A DNA stretch of 62,548 nucleotides, the filler included, from Dugesia japonica (taxonomy: Eukaryota), in assembly GCA_001938525.1 (NCBI GenBank). It is 6 parts of 6 records of this genome, joined end to end, with 100 filler letters (N's around TTAATTAATTAA, not from the genome) between each part and the next. Parts side by side here need not be neighbours in the genome. Positions count along the whole stretch, not along the records: positions 30,548 to 41,313 come from MQRL01616602.1; positions 41,414 to 52,898 come from MQRL01644774.1; 4 more parts are not named here. The stretch is one strand, 5' to 3'. The notes beneath the pieces were generated by a model, which did no database searches, had not been told where the DNA came from, and saw nothing but the letters and a program-made list of their open reading frames with translations. The position numbers and the translations under genes are program-made. Within the stretch, counting starts at the first letter, position 1. Each line of letters starts with the position of its first letter. Shown here piece after piece: positions 37,498 to 51,639 of the stretch.

Positions 37498-38000
37498 GAT
37501 GAAGAGATACTTACCAAAAGACAATTTGCGGTCGGTTATGAGGTCTTAGTCAAAGTTGAAACAAAAACCAATATCGTTTTGAGTGACCCTATAAAATCAA
37601 GAGGAAGATTCACGACAGACATTACATCCTGGAAGATACAAAAGGAAAAAGTCTCGAAATCAACATAGACAAGATCAAAAAATTTCTTAAAAGGTGTATC
37701 CTCTAGGAAATAAGATAGTTTTTAAAAGCAGATTTGAATTTTTTCTGATTTGAGTGAAATTTATTAAAATTAGTTTTGTTTTCTATGGAATTGAGTTTTG
37801 TTATTAATTATCCGATGACTACTTCAAACTCATCTAATAATTACTATTTGGTTTGGATTGATTTGTTATTAATCGAAATTGATAGTTGGATTTCTATTTA
37901 TTACTTAAATGAACACGGTAACTGGATATATGTTTATCAAATAAAACTATACTTGTTTCATTAAAAGCAAACCAATACACCTTGAACGTGGTATATACAG
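37498..38000 (+). mobile_element. Plus-strand integrase C-terminus and degraded 3' LTR of the same gypsy family
   Basis: EEILTKRQFAVGYEVLVKVETK is an inverted paralogue of about 36045-36215; LTR-like AAAAGCAGATTTGAATTTTT follows. The right end is approximate. Confidence 0.75.
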
Positions 38001-38355
38001 CCAGTCAATTCTGTAGCATATTAATTAATTTAGTCTTTAGCTTGTAAAATATAGTTTGTTATCATTTTTGTTACAGAAACTGAAAATTTTAAAAATTCCA
38101 TATCAACTATTTGGTAATCAAAAAATCAAAGGATTTGTTTTGAAGATTAATCGTACATCACAAATTGCGAAGAATAAACATAGTGAATATTAATTCAAAT
38201 GGAAATTAATTTTTATAGATCAATTTTCGATGGTTTGTGTTAGGTGCATTGAAAATAGGTTAATATTCTATATAAAAAATACACAATTTTCAAACGATAT
38301 ATTTATTAAATTTTTCATGATTATTTCAACTTGACCATAATAGAAAATTTTTCAG

Positions 38356-38474
38356 TGGATTATGGACTTTTTGGTTTGTAATTTAATGGGTATATATCTC
38401 GGAATGAAAACTTTGAATTATTTGAGCATGAAACCATATCATTGGCGAAGTATGTGGAAAATACCTGGTTATAA
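38356..38474 (+). CDS. PTDSS2: Phosphatidylserine synthase 2, internal exon
   Basis: TTCAG|[39 protein letters not shown](K)|GTTAGT; in frame after WWDH. Confidence 0.95.
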
Positions 38475-38669
38475 GTTAGTTTATTGTTAAATTATCGAAT
38501 AAAATTTGAAATATGAATATAATTTTAATCATGAATTTCCAGTCACTTTAATTTTAAAAAATCTATCTTTAGATTCTGTATTCAAAATGAACTGGAACAC
38601 CGTTCGGGTCCAGTACATGTATCGGTATAATCGTTTCGTCTCGTAAAATTTTCAATCTCGAGTACTATT

Positions 38670-38915
38670 TAGGCGCTGTCCATAATTTCAACGCAATTTT
38701 TAACCCTATTTTCTCAATTATCAATTAAAAGTTTACCTCTCCCTCCAAAATTAACAATATTTTAACTAATTTTTTTGATTTATTAAATTATTCGTAAAAG
38801 AATGTTGACTTCAATTTATTTTGGACACCCTCCTCCACTTATCAACAATTGTCAAACTTCAAACCCTCTTCCCCCAATTAACTTGGGATTAGTTAAGTAA
38901 CTAAGGGGCTTTACA
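38670..38915. mobile_element. Possible PIF/Harbinger-type MITE remnant
   Basis: AGGCGCTGTCCATAATT start and TTTGGACACCCTCCTCC / CCCTCTTCCCCC boxes resemble such MITE ends. No clean TSD. Confidence 0.3.
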
Positions 38916-38939
38916 ATATCTTTTGTCTTCTCAAATAAC

Positions 38940-39600
38940 ATCTTTTCATGAAATACCTTTAAAGTTCTTCCGATTAGAACTTAATTTTTGCTTTTTGAAA
39001 GTATTTTATGAAAGATTTTCATATATATCTCAGCTTTTAATATCATTCCATTATAATTGCATAGTATTTTCAGAAAATAATTAATATTCTATATTACCTC
39101 AAAGATTGCTAAAAAGATCCCATATGTTATCACTTTTAACACTTTAGAAATGCAAGACTTTAGTTATTTGAAACACTAACATTAAAAACATGATACTCCA
39201 TCTTTTTTTGTTTTCTAGAAAAAGTTTCATTATATTTCTACTATTTTTTTGAAAAGGCAGAAATGGCTTCAGATTATACTAACATTAGAACTACATATCC
39301 ACGAATAGAATTATAACTCTAGAAAGAATGTCCACAAGAAAACGAATTTTAGTTAGTTATCTAAACAGAATAACCTTACTAATTAATAACATTACATTAG
39401 AAGCAGTAACACACTCATTACAAATATTTAACCTGTAGAGAATGATTGTAGAGAATGAATGACGAAATCATTGATTTTCATCAAATTGCTTAATGATGTC
39501 CTAAATTTCAATAATTGTTTTATAAATGTTTCGTATCTAGATTGTAAATTATTACAAAGATCTAATTTTGTTATTGTTTCGCTCACTGTCATTGGATATA
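38940..39600 (+). mobile_element. Possible decayed hAT (Charlie-like) transposase
   Basis: Fragments CIVF/QE (cf. HCIIHQE), YTNIR and TLER (cf. TEVRW...LER) occur in order but are very degenerate. Confidence 0.25.
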
Positions 39601-40229
39601 ACATATTTTGCAAAAAGTAAACTACAATACAACATGTGTAAAATACACATTTTAGAAATGGTGTTTAAATATTTTTTTCGGAATGGTGCCTTATGAGGGT
39701 CACNNNNNNNNNNNNNNNNNNNNNNNNNNNNNNNNNNNNNNNNNNNNNNNNNNNNNNNNNNNNNNNNNNNNNNNNNNNNNNNNNNNNNNNNNNNNNNNNN
39801 NNNNNNNNNNNNNNNNNNNNNNNNNNNNNNNNNNNNNNNNNNNNNNNNNNNNNNNNNNNNNNNNNNNNNNNNNNNNNNNNNNNNNNNNNNNNNNNNNNNN
39901 NNNNNNNNNNNNNNNNNNNNNNNNNNNNNNNNNNNNNNNNNNNNNNNNNNNNNNNNNNNNNNNNNNNNNNNNNNNNNNNNNNNNNNNNNNNNNNNNNNNN
40001 NNNNNNNNNNNNNNNNNNATTATAATTTTATTTTATTCAGCAATTACGATTTTCAACAGTTTATTGTTTTGTAAGATTTGATTCTATTGTACTCTGTAAT
40101 TTTTATAAACTATCTGTATTTAATAAATTGTAATCTGTAAATTCAGAAATTGTAAAATAATTCCGAGGTTTATGCCTCACATGGTTGCAGTTTTAAGCAC
40201 CGATACTTTAGCAGAAAGAATAATTTAAG

Positions 40230-41185
40230 CAAAGATGGGGATTTAGAAATCTTTGTTAGACAATGTGAGCTATATTTTGAGACAAGAGAAATTAAATCAC
40301 AAAGCGAACAAGAAAAATTAGTAACCTGTTTGCTGGCTATGGAATTGATAGATAAATATGTAAAATAATAGGTTTCCAAACGCTTTTGCGATTGGCGTTT
40401 CAAAAGAAACGAGAATTATTGTATGATATGAAGACACTTTTGACGTTCAAACGGGACAATATTGAATTAGACACATTTGTGAAAAGGCATAGACCTTTGT
40501 TGATAATATTTTTGCTCACTAAGATCTTATGAGAAGGATTATTGGCAAAAATTATAGTGAGTGCATCGGAGAGTGCGAAATTACAAGAGGAAGTAATACT
40601 CAGAAAACGATTCTCAGTATCAGAAATTAAAGATATACACTTGTATTGTTAGATAATGTTGAGAAAAGGAGTGAAAAGGAATAGCGTAAACCAATAAATT
40701 ATCATAGTTAATCGATGAGTTTAAGGAACACTGGATTGTTCAGGATATCACAAGAAAAGTTACGTGAGAACACAGTGCCCAAAAGTTGATTAGAGAGTGC
40801 AGCTAAAGCTTGGAAGTTAAAACAATTGTGTAGTGGTGTAGGTAATACGAAGTTGAATTGAAAAATTGGAAAAATTTTTTCAAGTGTTGAAAGTTGCTCT
40901 GTCGACACCAATATTAGCATTTCCGGACTTGAACTAAAAATTCATGTTGGATATAAATGCTAGTTTTGATACAATTGGAGCTATATTATCTCAGATGGAC
41001 GATTTAGATAGTAAGAGAGTCATTGTTTATGGATCGCATGAGATTAATAGTCATGAAAAACGATACTATACCAGATGAAAGAAGTTGCTAGCAGTATATT
41101 ATTTTTGTAATTTGTTCAAAAATTATCATTATGGAAAGCGATTTAGACTCAGGACTGACCATAAAACAATTCTATTCATGTGCCG
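40230..41185 (+). mobile_element. Internally deleted Ty3/gypsy relic (gag fragment plus RNase H)
   Basis: LEIFVRQCELYFE; TPILAFPD, NASFDTIGAILSQ, YGSH, HEKRY, KLLAVYYFC and YGKRFRLRTDHK. Confidence 0.85.
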
Positions 41186-44026
41186 TTGATTCGTCCTGCC
41201 ACGACAGTGACAATAAAATTATATATAATATATTAAACATAAATAAATAAAATTTTAAAAGTGAGCGGAAATTTTGTCGTAAATTTTAAATGAAAATTAA
41301 GTAAATAAATAAANNNNNNNNNNNNNNNNNNNNNNNNNNNNNNNNNNNNNNNNNNNNTTAATTAATTAANNNNNNNNNNNNNNNNNNNNNNNNNNNNNNN
41401 NNNNNNNNNNNNNATAAAAGTATGAATAATTGAAACAATAAGAGGTAAACAAAATCAACGTTTGTTATCATAAAAACAATCTACATCATTGTTGTGAGTT
41501 AAAATGTAATAGTGAGTAAATATAATGTTAATAAAACAGAAAATTATTATTAAATAGATTCTAATAGCATGATTATAATAAATGTTATATTAAAAAGCAT
41601 CGGTGCACAACATTTTTTGTTTACTTCATCAGTTAACCTCAAAGTCGCGGACCATGCATGTAAAAACTAAGGGCCACAGGTTGTGCATCACTGATATTAC
41701 ACGTATTATATTATACTACATAACTTAGAAAATTGAATATACCACTGTTAAAGTGTCATTTACAGCTAGCATTTTGGAGGAGAACGTTGTGAATCCGTGT
41801 AATGATGGTTGCATAGAATTATATTTCAATAGAAATACATTTTATATTTTTCATGGACTTGGGTTTCGAGCCACGAGTTGCCAATCACTGTTATAAAGTA
41901 TTAAAATGTGTTAATATATAGTCTATTTACAGAGTATATCATTATATATACTAAACATATTAAGGTTAAATAAGGTNCTCAATATCAATATAATATAGTA
42001 ATTTAGAATTGTTCAAGCTTACGCAACTGCTGATTTTTTTTTGCATAAACCTAAAAGCATCTCAACAGAACCTTTGAAATCGTATTAAATATTCAAGAAA
42101 TATAATTACAAATGCCATTAACGGTGAAAGAAAATATTAATTGTACATGTAAATTTTTTTACCATTTCATCTTTGATTTTTTGTAGANTTGAAATTGAAA
42201 TTAAATAATAAAATTTTTAAATAAGATTTTTTAAAAAAATTTTTATTTAGAAATTCTTCAAATTAAAAGGAATCGCAAATTATTTACTTTGTTTAAAGTT
42301 TTTTAAAAAAAGCAAATTTATTATCTTTATCTTTGTTTTCTAATTAATGTTTACGGAATCAGAAACTCTTAAAATTCTACGACTAGTGTTTTAGACTCAT
42401 TGGACAAACGATATTTTTTTTAAATTAACAAAACGACGAAGCAAAGAACAACTAAAAATTTGATTTGATTAGTACTGTATATTATTAATTGAGTTTAAAT
42501 ATTTGATACAAATTTTATAAAATAAACATTTAAAATTATTAATAAAGTTATAACTTGGTTTTGATTTTAATAAGAAAATTAGACATTTTATAGAATGCTT
42601 TTGTATAGAATGTTTTGTATTGGTTGTCCTCTAATCAGTTCTATTGGCAGTGTAGATGAATTTGGACACAAAAGCGTCGACATTCATCGAACATTGTAAA
42701 TTAGAAAGAAATAAAGCATTATTGGTTAGAAATCTACATACTATTTAATTAAATAAAGATTAAAGAATATTTAAAAGAATTATTTCTTTTCCGGGGATTC
42801 CGTATCAATCATTCTAGTTTGGCTTGTGGGATTGTGTCGTTCATGTAAATTTATAAAGAAAAGAAATGCAAGAATGACTCTGTAGAAAAAGCTCGATGGT
42901 GTTCTGAAGAACATTTACGCTAAAATACCTGAGTTGAAACATTAATAGTTTTCATGATAATAATCTTTTATACTGAACTTTACAATCAACAGATATACAA
43001 TAGTATACTAAAATTATTAAAAGGATAATTGAAGATAAAACCTTTTAAATTAAGAAAGTAAATTGTTCCATTTAGTTTTATTAATTTATTAATAATAAGT
43101 TACATTTTCAATTACTTAATAAGTAAATATTAATCGATTATAAAGTCTATCAAATCAATGAATCATTAAATCAATAAAATTAATTCTTAATAAGGTTAAC
43201 AATTGGATATTTTAAAATTAAATTTTACATATTTTTTTCAAATATTCTCTTATATTTTAATTTAAAAAATTTTAAAATTAACAAAAAAATGAAAATTTTT
43301 TTTCCCAATTCAAATGAAATATTTACATAAAAAACAACATTTCAATTACAATAATTATTTATTTTTTATTTATAGTACTGGTTCATTACCATAAATTTAT
43401 TTTCAATTATTTTATATCGATATTTAAGTTGAGAATCGATATTGAACACTTGAAATTAAAACAAAAAAAACTAAAACCTATGAAATTCTATTATCATTTT
43501 GTTTGCATAAATTTATTTACTTAAATCAATTGGTTTAATGAGTCTTCTAATTTTGAGAAAAAACGTTATTTGAGCTTTATTTGCTTTTAAATATCTTGTG
43601 TTTGAACAGAGGAGTATAATTGTCAATTTCATCAAGTACTTTGAATATTTGTTTCTTTATTATTTTAGTATTTTAGTAAACAAATTATGTTACAAACGTT
43701 TTTAAAAGCTCAATTCATTTTACATAAATTCTAAACTTAATTAACTATAGAAAATCAATATCTAAAATCTAATTTTTGTTAGTTGATAAAATAAATATTC
43801 TTTTGGTTTGATTGATCGATTTGTTTATTAATTCATCGATTACTTAATTTTATAAAATAAGTAACTAAGGTATTTATTTAGCATTATATTTTCGATGAAA
43901 TCTTTATCTATTAACCGAATTTTCAATTGAAATTTCATTAATTGAAATAAACCGATCTTTTCAACTAGCTCTTTTAGCAATTTTCTATCTAATAATACTA
44001 AATACTAAACAAGTTTTAATAGATGT

Positions 44027-44200
44027 TTTACAATTGCAATTATTCCGAGAATAATTGTTGTACATAACCATTGATCGTTTTATAGAATTCATTTAATATA
44101 AAAGCTTCGATCAAACTTTTTGTTTTTTTATTGATTTTTGATAACAATGCGATATTTCGACCTTGTCTTCGTCAGGAATTGACTTTTAATAAACACCTTT
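44027..44200 (-). repeat. HINE-like repeat copy, minus strand
   Basis: TTTACAATTGCAATTATTCCGAGAATAATTG...GAATTCATTTAATATAAAAGCTTCGATCAAA is the reverse complement of about 5605-5695. Confidence 0.8.
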
Positions 44201-44204
44201 ACTT

Positions 44205-44830
44205 AATCTTTGCTGAAACACACAAGCTTTTCTATTTTGTACCCAATCAATTTAGGGCTTAAGAAGTATTTCTTGAACTATTTGTAGAAAAAAATATAAA
44301 CAGTAGTGATAGTTCTAAGTTCCTTATGAAAGTAACAAGAATACATCACATGACCTTCAGTACTGACAACCCCTAAAATCTTGNNNNNNNNNNNNNNNNN
44401 NNNNNNNNNNNNNNNNNNNNNNNNNNNNNNNNNTTTGTTTTTTTTATTGATATTTGATAACAATTCGATATTTCGACCTTGTCTTCGTCAGGAATTGACT
44501 TTTTAATAAACACCTTTACTTAATCTTTGCTGAAACACACAAGCCTTTCTATTTTGTACCCAATCAATTTAGGGTTTAAGAAGTATTTCTTGAACTATTT
44601 CTAGAAAAAAATATAAACAGTAGTGTTAGTTCTAAGTTCCTTATGAAAGTAACAAGAATACATCACATGACCTTCAGTACTGACAACCCCTAAAATCTTG
44701 ACAATTTCAGACAATTGTGGGTGTATAAGTCTTTCAAACTCAGAAGGGTCTTTGAATAACCATCTTTCATTAATAAAATATTGGTCAAAGTTTTTCTCGT
44801 TTTAGAAAAAACGATATGAGGAATTTCGAA
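44205..44830 (-). mobile_element. Decayed maT/DD37D-like (Tc1/mariner superfamily) transposase; part duplicated across an N gap
   Basis: Minus strand reads NEKNFDQ, RWLFKDPSE, ILGVVSTEGHVM, KP*IDWV and VFQQ (cf. VLGVVSSEGHVMPP...KPWI...VFQQD). Confidence 0.75.
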
Positions 44831-45056
44831 AAGCGATATAAATCCATCTTTAAAGACATAATTAAATTATGTCTTTTAATTTTTTGAGTAAGCTAAATGC
44901 CAGCTATTTTTATTGTATCATTCTAAAAAAAATAATTTTATATTACACATTATGTAATTAAAATTGATTAACACTATTATGTTATTTATATTAATAAAAC
45001 TCATTAAATCTTAATTAATAATTTAATGTTTTGTATTACTTTTATATTATTTATAT

Positions 45057-45667
45057 CAGTATTTCTCAACTAAAAACGGCCCGTGGACCAGTAAACTGTA
45101 AAGAAATTCTAACGCGGACTATCGGTTGATAAACATTACTATTTAGCAGTATTTTACAACCAAAAACAAACTGCTTGCCAGTAAACTGTAAAATTTTCTA
45201 ACGCAGACTACTAATGATGGTTGTACCTAGTGGGGTGTTATTCTAAATTTTAGCAAAAAATAGGTTATTTACGAAAATAAACTTTAAGTGCATCACTGGA
45301 TTGGGATGTGGGTAGGGAACCTCCTTTCCAGGTGAAGAAATCTTTAAAAATTTGACAATTCGAAGAACCATTTAACATTAAAATTTACAATTTAGTAAGC
45401 ATTTTTTGGTTAATAAAATTTGTTTTAGCAACATGTACGGATGGTTCTGATTATTCTACTAAAAACATTAATTTTATTTGTAAAAAACCACACAAAATAT
45501 AAGTTTTTTACATAACAACCAACTACAAAAATACATAATAATATTTAAATAATTAAATGCAACAAATTCTTTAGTAATACATTTTTTTTTGTTAATAAAA
45601 GTATAATAATTCAATTTTTTCGCGGAACACAAAAATAATTCTACTGACCACCTGTTGAGAAACACTG
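45057..45667. mobile_element. Non-autonomous hAT element (MITE)
   Basis: TIR CAGTATTTCTCAAC / GTTGAGAAACACTG (13 of 14 match) and a perfect 8-bp TSD ATTTATAT (45049-45056 and 45668-45675). Confidence 0.92.
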
Positions 45668-46134
45668 ATTTATATGATTTATTTTTATATTATTCATTTA
45701 ATTAACAAATCAATAATTTTATATTCTTGTTTGGATTTCTTTATTGTAAGGATTACCGGATTTTATAAGTGTTCATGATAATGTATAACATTATCGATTA
45801 TATAGAAAGTTAAAATAAAACTTGTATTTTGTTTTATCAAGCTAAGGTTTTAATTAACAAAAATTTTGCATTATTTTTAAATTTGAGTATTTGTGCTGTG
45901 CTAATATTTTCTTTCTCAGATATGGGTTATTTGTTTAAATATTGATTAATACAGTTGGAAATCAGTTGTGCTAATTTTTACTGTAATCAAATAGTTTACT
46001 CAGATTTGTAAAGTTTGTACTTTTTATTACTGAATAATTAGTTAACATACATTATGTAACATAACAATTATAATAAATCGGTATAATGAATTTGTATGAT
46101 ATTAATGAAGATATCGCTAGCATGTATGATCTAA

Positions 46135-46700
46135 CTCAGAGTTATTCATAGATGATGCATATCTCGTAAATTTAATTTAATTTAAATAATTTGGTATATA
46201 TTATATTATATATTATTTAAATTATTTTTTGAAATATTGTTTAAAATATTTTATAGTAAAAAAGTATATTAAAGATTTTTGAAATAGTAGAAATTTTTTG
46301 TCGAAAGTTTTTTGAAAATGTTATTTAATTTAAATAATTGCTATATACTGTATATTGCATTATATTACCAATTATGTTTTTGATATATTTCATTGTAAGA
46401 AGTGTGTAAATGAATTTTTAAATATTGTATGTTTTTTTAGATGTTTTTGGAAGTGTATAATTTTATAAAATTATTTTTAAGGATTATTTAAATGTATATT
46501 ATTAAAAAATATCGTATGTGTATTTGCTTTTAAAAATCAATATTTTTAAATATAAAATTAATATTCTCAGATATATTAATATGTTATTTGTTTAAATATG
46601 ATGGATTATTCTTGCATCCTTTCAACTTTAATAAAACAATTATGATATTGATTAAAAATTATGGATAATTGTGAGATTCTCAATTTAACTAATAATTTAT
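46135..46700 (-). repeat. Uninterrupted family X LTR-like copy (empty site for element copy 1)
   Basis: The reverse complement aligns with 12810-12943 and then 16219-16290, with a single CACA at the junction. Confidence 0.8.
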
Positions 46701-49219
46701 GTATTAATTTTATTTATATATTAATATTAAATTGTATTAATTGTAAATTAACAATAAATAACAAACCATCTGTTAGAGATAATTCTTATCCCTACTTATT
46801 CATCACCACTTTCTTAATCACTCAACACTTCTTACAATTTTCCGAACAAAATTATAAAACAATTATTTTACTTATAAAATAGAAATAATATTATTATTCA
46901 AATTATAAATTTTTTGCCCAAAAGATTTGATATTAATATTAATAATTTGATATTGATATTAATAATTTATTGTTTATTTTATTTCATTTTTACGAACGAA
47001 ATATTCATTGAAAAGAACGCAAAGAAAATAATGTTGCTGAAATCGTTTGACAAGTAATAAATTTTTTTTAAATAAATTAAAAATACTGTAAAACAGACAC
47101 TTAGAAACACTAATAAAAATAAATTAATTATATCATAGTTCGGTAAGTATCGGGTTTCACTTTGATAAGTTTTTCTTTTTCATTTCATTTTTATTTTTTG
47201 ATTATACACCGATGAAAATATTTGAAATTTTCAACTTATTAATTAAAACAATTTCCTTTATATCCGACAAATCCACAGAACTCTCAATTTTTAAACAGAA
47301 ATTTCAGTAAATTTTTAAATTTTCCAAAACATTTCTGTAGCGTCTAAAATAAACAAATATTTTTATATTAGTAAAAATCAAAAAACCATCACAACATGAC
47401 AAAAACAAATAAATACAGGCTTTTTTTCAAAGAAAATATTTATTTGTAACTGTCATATTTAAATAAACCTATACATTAAAATGTTTAATGTTATTAATCT
47501 ACTTGTGATATAATTTTTTATTTTATTATATAAGGTAGTGCATTGTGTAAATATAAGAAATAAATTAAAGTAAAATTAATTGTTGAAAAAATATTGTTAG
47601 GTTATAAGATATAAGAAACTAAATTACGCAGCGTCAACATAATAGAACTATTATATTTAGACATTTCTATAAACCTATACATTAAAATTGAAATGTTATT
47701 AATCTACTCTTAAATATTTCGCATATAACTTTTTTCAAGTGTTCTGTAAAGTTTCTGTAATAAAAGCTCGTAATAAATAATTTTACTTCAAATATTAGCA
47801 CTGATCTGACTCTTATAATAATTACACAGACCTGAAATCAATCAAAATTTACTGGTTCAAACAGGCTTCAGAATTCAGAATGTTCACAATGCAAAATTTA
47901 AATTTGCCAATTTATTACAAACAAAAAATTTAAACAGCGACTTAACAATTACTAATTTAAATCTACGAAAACTTAACAGAATTCAATATTGAAAAATAAT
48001 TCTTTACAAGTAAAATTATTTTGAATACTTTTTCGACTATGTTATTGAGTTTTGTTACAGAAATAATAGAGGTTACCTCCAATAAATCCATTGTATTTTT
48101 GTTGATAAACAATATCGTTATTTAATATATAAAAGTCTCATTTTTTATTATTAAACATGTATATTATTAACCTTTAGTATTGTTTCAGATAGAAAATCTA
48201 TTTGAGATCAACATAGTTACGGGAAAATATTGACAATAGATGGAATTTAAAGTAAAACTTTCTTACAATGTAAGAAATAATATGAACGATATATTTATTG
48301 AGTATTGCTTTCAAATTTTAAACTTAAAATTAATTCTAATTGGTGCACATTCACTCCGGTAATTTTTTGATATTTTGTACTACCTAATTTTTTTCTAATA
48401 AATAATTTTCACTATAAAATATTTGTAGAAGAATATTAATTGTAGAACTTTGGAGCTTTTTTTTGAAAAGTTAGCTTATTTAAAATAAATGAAATTTTAA
48501 ATGTTAAAATAAATTTAAAATTTTTTAAAATAAATATAAAGATATAAGATTAAATTTTAAAATAAAAAAATAAAAATTAATAGAATGATAAAATTTTTTT
48601 AATATAAAAAAATTAATATAAAAATTAATATAAAATTTTAATATAAAAATTTAATTTCTAAATTATAAAGTATTTAAAATAAATAAATAAAATAAGATAA
48701 AAATAAAAATTTTTGATGATAAAATTTTAAAAATTAAAGCTGGATTTCAAATTGTTTTGTTTATTTAAATTGTTTAAAATAATAAAATTAAATCTATTAT
48801 CTTTGTTTTTCAATAAATATTTTATAAAATCAACAACTGTTCTAAATTCAACGATGGGTGTCTTAGACTCATTTAACACACACATACACACATACACACA
48901 TACACACATATATATTTTAGGGGTGTTCAGAGGTTTATGTTTTGGGAGGCATTTTCGAAATTTTAAAAATGCTATTGAGTCAAAAGTTCTTGTTATAACA
49001 TGAATCTGAAATTTATTTTATTCTAGATTCTTTTATTTCTGTTTCTGTATTTATATGTGGAGAAATAAATTAGAAGGGAAAAAAGAGAAAAGAAACTTTA
49101 TTTTGTGCAAGAATAAAACATTATCCAAAAAGGAGATGAAATTTTAAAATTATAGCTATAACTTTAAAAATAATGCTTGAGCCACAATAAAATTGGCAAG
49201 GAGCCACACTCTGTCCGTG

Positions 49220-49221
<2 letters not shown>

Positions 49222-49252
<31 letters not shown>
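49222..49252. repeat. (TA)n microsatellite
   Basis: Direct reading. Confidence 0.95.
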
Positions 49253-49254
<2 letters not shown>

Positions 49255-50777
49255 AAGTTTTTTCTGTTCTATTAAATTTTTTTCAAATATTCTGTTAAAT
49301 ATTTTTATATTCTATTAATTTCTAAAATATTTAGGTTCATAATTTAGTCATTAATTCTTTCTATATTGCTCCATAAAATCAACGTATCTAATAATATGCT
49401 AAGTGAATTAATATTTTCATGTCTTCAGGCACTGACTGTTGGTGACTTTGAGTTGAAAGATTTTAACAAAAAATTACTCAAAAAATCTTATTATATTTAT
49501 TCTTGTTTGAACTATTGGTATAACATGAATATTTTCAACAAAAAAAAATCCATCTTAAAATTATTTTAAGCGAAAAATTTAATCATTTTTGATTTTTTGT
49601 CATTTTTCATATTTTATAATAAAATTTAGTTTTATGTTTTTTATATTTTACTTTCGTTTTTTTACATTAAAATGTTTAAAATTGTTTTACATAAAAAAAG
49701 ATAATTGGAAATTTTTTTTATAAGAATTATGAGTGCATTATGAGATCAGAGTAAACCAGCTGGAAATAGATTGAATTAGTTAACGTAAACTGAATTTTAA
49801 GCATTTTCTGGTTACAAGTTTAAACAAAAAACAAATAAAGTTGTTGTTAAGAAATTTTGTATTCTTTTTAAAACAAGCAATAAATTAAACTCAATATCAT
49901 ACTTTTACAGATGCCCATCGTAATATTAATAAATAATAATACATCATTATAATACATGAAAATCTTTTCAGTAGTTAAGACATTGAAATCAAAGTTAATT
50001 TTGACAAGTCGATTTGACAATTAGAGTTTTTATGATTTTTTATTGAACATTAATCTCAGATAATCGTTCTTTCATTTTGGTTTATTTCCAAATACAAAAC
50101 TGCAAAATTTGGTGCATATTTTCTTTTGAGATTATAAGCTTTATCTAAATGATCTCTTCTTTTGGAACACTGTAAAAACTTAGCATCGAATAAAAGAATA
50201 AGTAGATAGAGATGCACTACCCCCTGGAGTATAGCTTTTGGATTAAAACCAATAAGATAACGAATTAAAAAGTAAGATAGGAATGTCTCATAACCTTGTA
50301 TCGTCAAATGTTTACTTCCTTACAAAAATTAAGATTAAAATTACACAAAATGTATACATTACTTAAAAGGCTATTTACGTAAAGTGCTTTATTTTCTTGC
50401 AATTTTAAAAACAAAGAACAGATACATTTTTCTCTGAATTTTTTACTTTTATTTTAGTTATTTCATTGTTAAACTTGCACGTGTATTGTATTTTCTTTGT
50501 TTAACTTGCATGTGAATTACACGCACACAATGTCATTTAAATAAAGGACCAATCAGATTTAAACACGCACACGAATAAGTATATCAATATGTATATAAGC
50601 TAAAACTTGCAATAATTTTTCATTATTTGAAAATGAAAAAAATAACTTTAACAAATGATAATACTTCAATAGTTAATGTTAAATGTAGAAAACCTGTGGA
50701 TTACCATCATCATAAGATGAACCTCTTTAAAAAGTCTATAATATATACGTTTCAAGTAATATTATTTACTATTATTT

Positions 50778-51001
50778 ATTCATTAAAATAATAGCTGCGA
50801 TCAAAATCTGTTTTTTGGTTTTTATAATAATTCTATATTTTGACTTTGTCTTCGTCAGTAAATGACTTTTTGGATATACTTCCAATACAAAAAAAACAAA
50901 AATCAAAAAACAAATTTTGATCAAAGCTTATATTTTAATGAATTCTGTAAAACGATCAAAAACGTCCAACAATTATTCTCGCAATAATTGTAATTGTAAA
51001 A
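50778..51001 (+). repeat. HINE-like repeat copy
   Basis: TTCATTAAAATAATAGCTGCGATCAAAAT ... ATTTTGATCAAAGCTTATATTTTAATGAA, then CAATTATTCTCGCAATAATTGTAATTGTAAA. Confidence 0.78.
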
Positions 51002-51639
51002 TACTATTATTTACTAATTATTTGATTTTATGATTCTGTTAAGATAAAAATGTGTACATACTAGCTGCAAAATTAATGACTAGATGTGTACGTATTAAGC
51101 TTTCAGTATTGGCTGGTCATTAAGTACGATTAAATAAGCAAAATGCGGTTTATCCGATAGGAACCAAAGAAATCTTTACATTTGCAATTATTAAAGATAG
51201 TACATCATTTTGTATGTAGTCAATATTTGGTGGTCGTTATTCAACCAATTTTATAATAATTACATTTCCAAATTGAGATCAATATAATGGTATTTATAAA
51301 GGCTCTAGTTTGATATTTCAACATTTAAATATTTACAATCATGTCATATGTAGTTGAATCAACAATCAATTGAATCAACAGAGAATATGACAGAGTTTTA
51401 TAATGTAAAAAACATATTGTACAAATTGGACTAATATAGATGGCCGTCATAATATTATGGAGAAATATTATTGTCAGTATTTTAATGAAGGAAAGCATTA
51501 CATATGTTCTATGCATGTCAATAGAAATAAGTATGTATTTAGACTTTTATAGATTGCGTGCAAACTACTTATGATACCTTATAATAAATAAGAAACAATT
51601 ATTAAGATCAATTTTAGATAGTGAAATATACCGTCTGCC

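Noticed and set aside
42608-42930. GC-richer blocks with splice-like boundaries
   Set aside because: No frame gives a recognisable or continuous protein, so the region is left unannotated.
44115-44700. Direct duplication of about 265 bp (44120-44383 vs 44434-44700)
   Set aside because: Near-identical copies flank an N gap; most likely unmerged contig or haplotype overlap.
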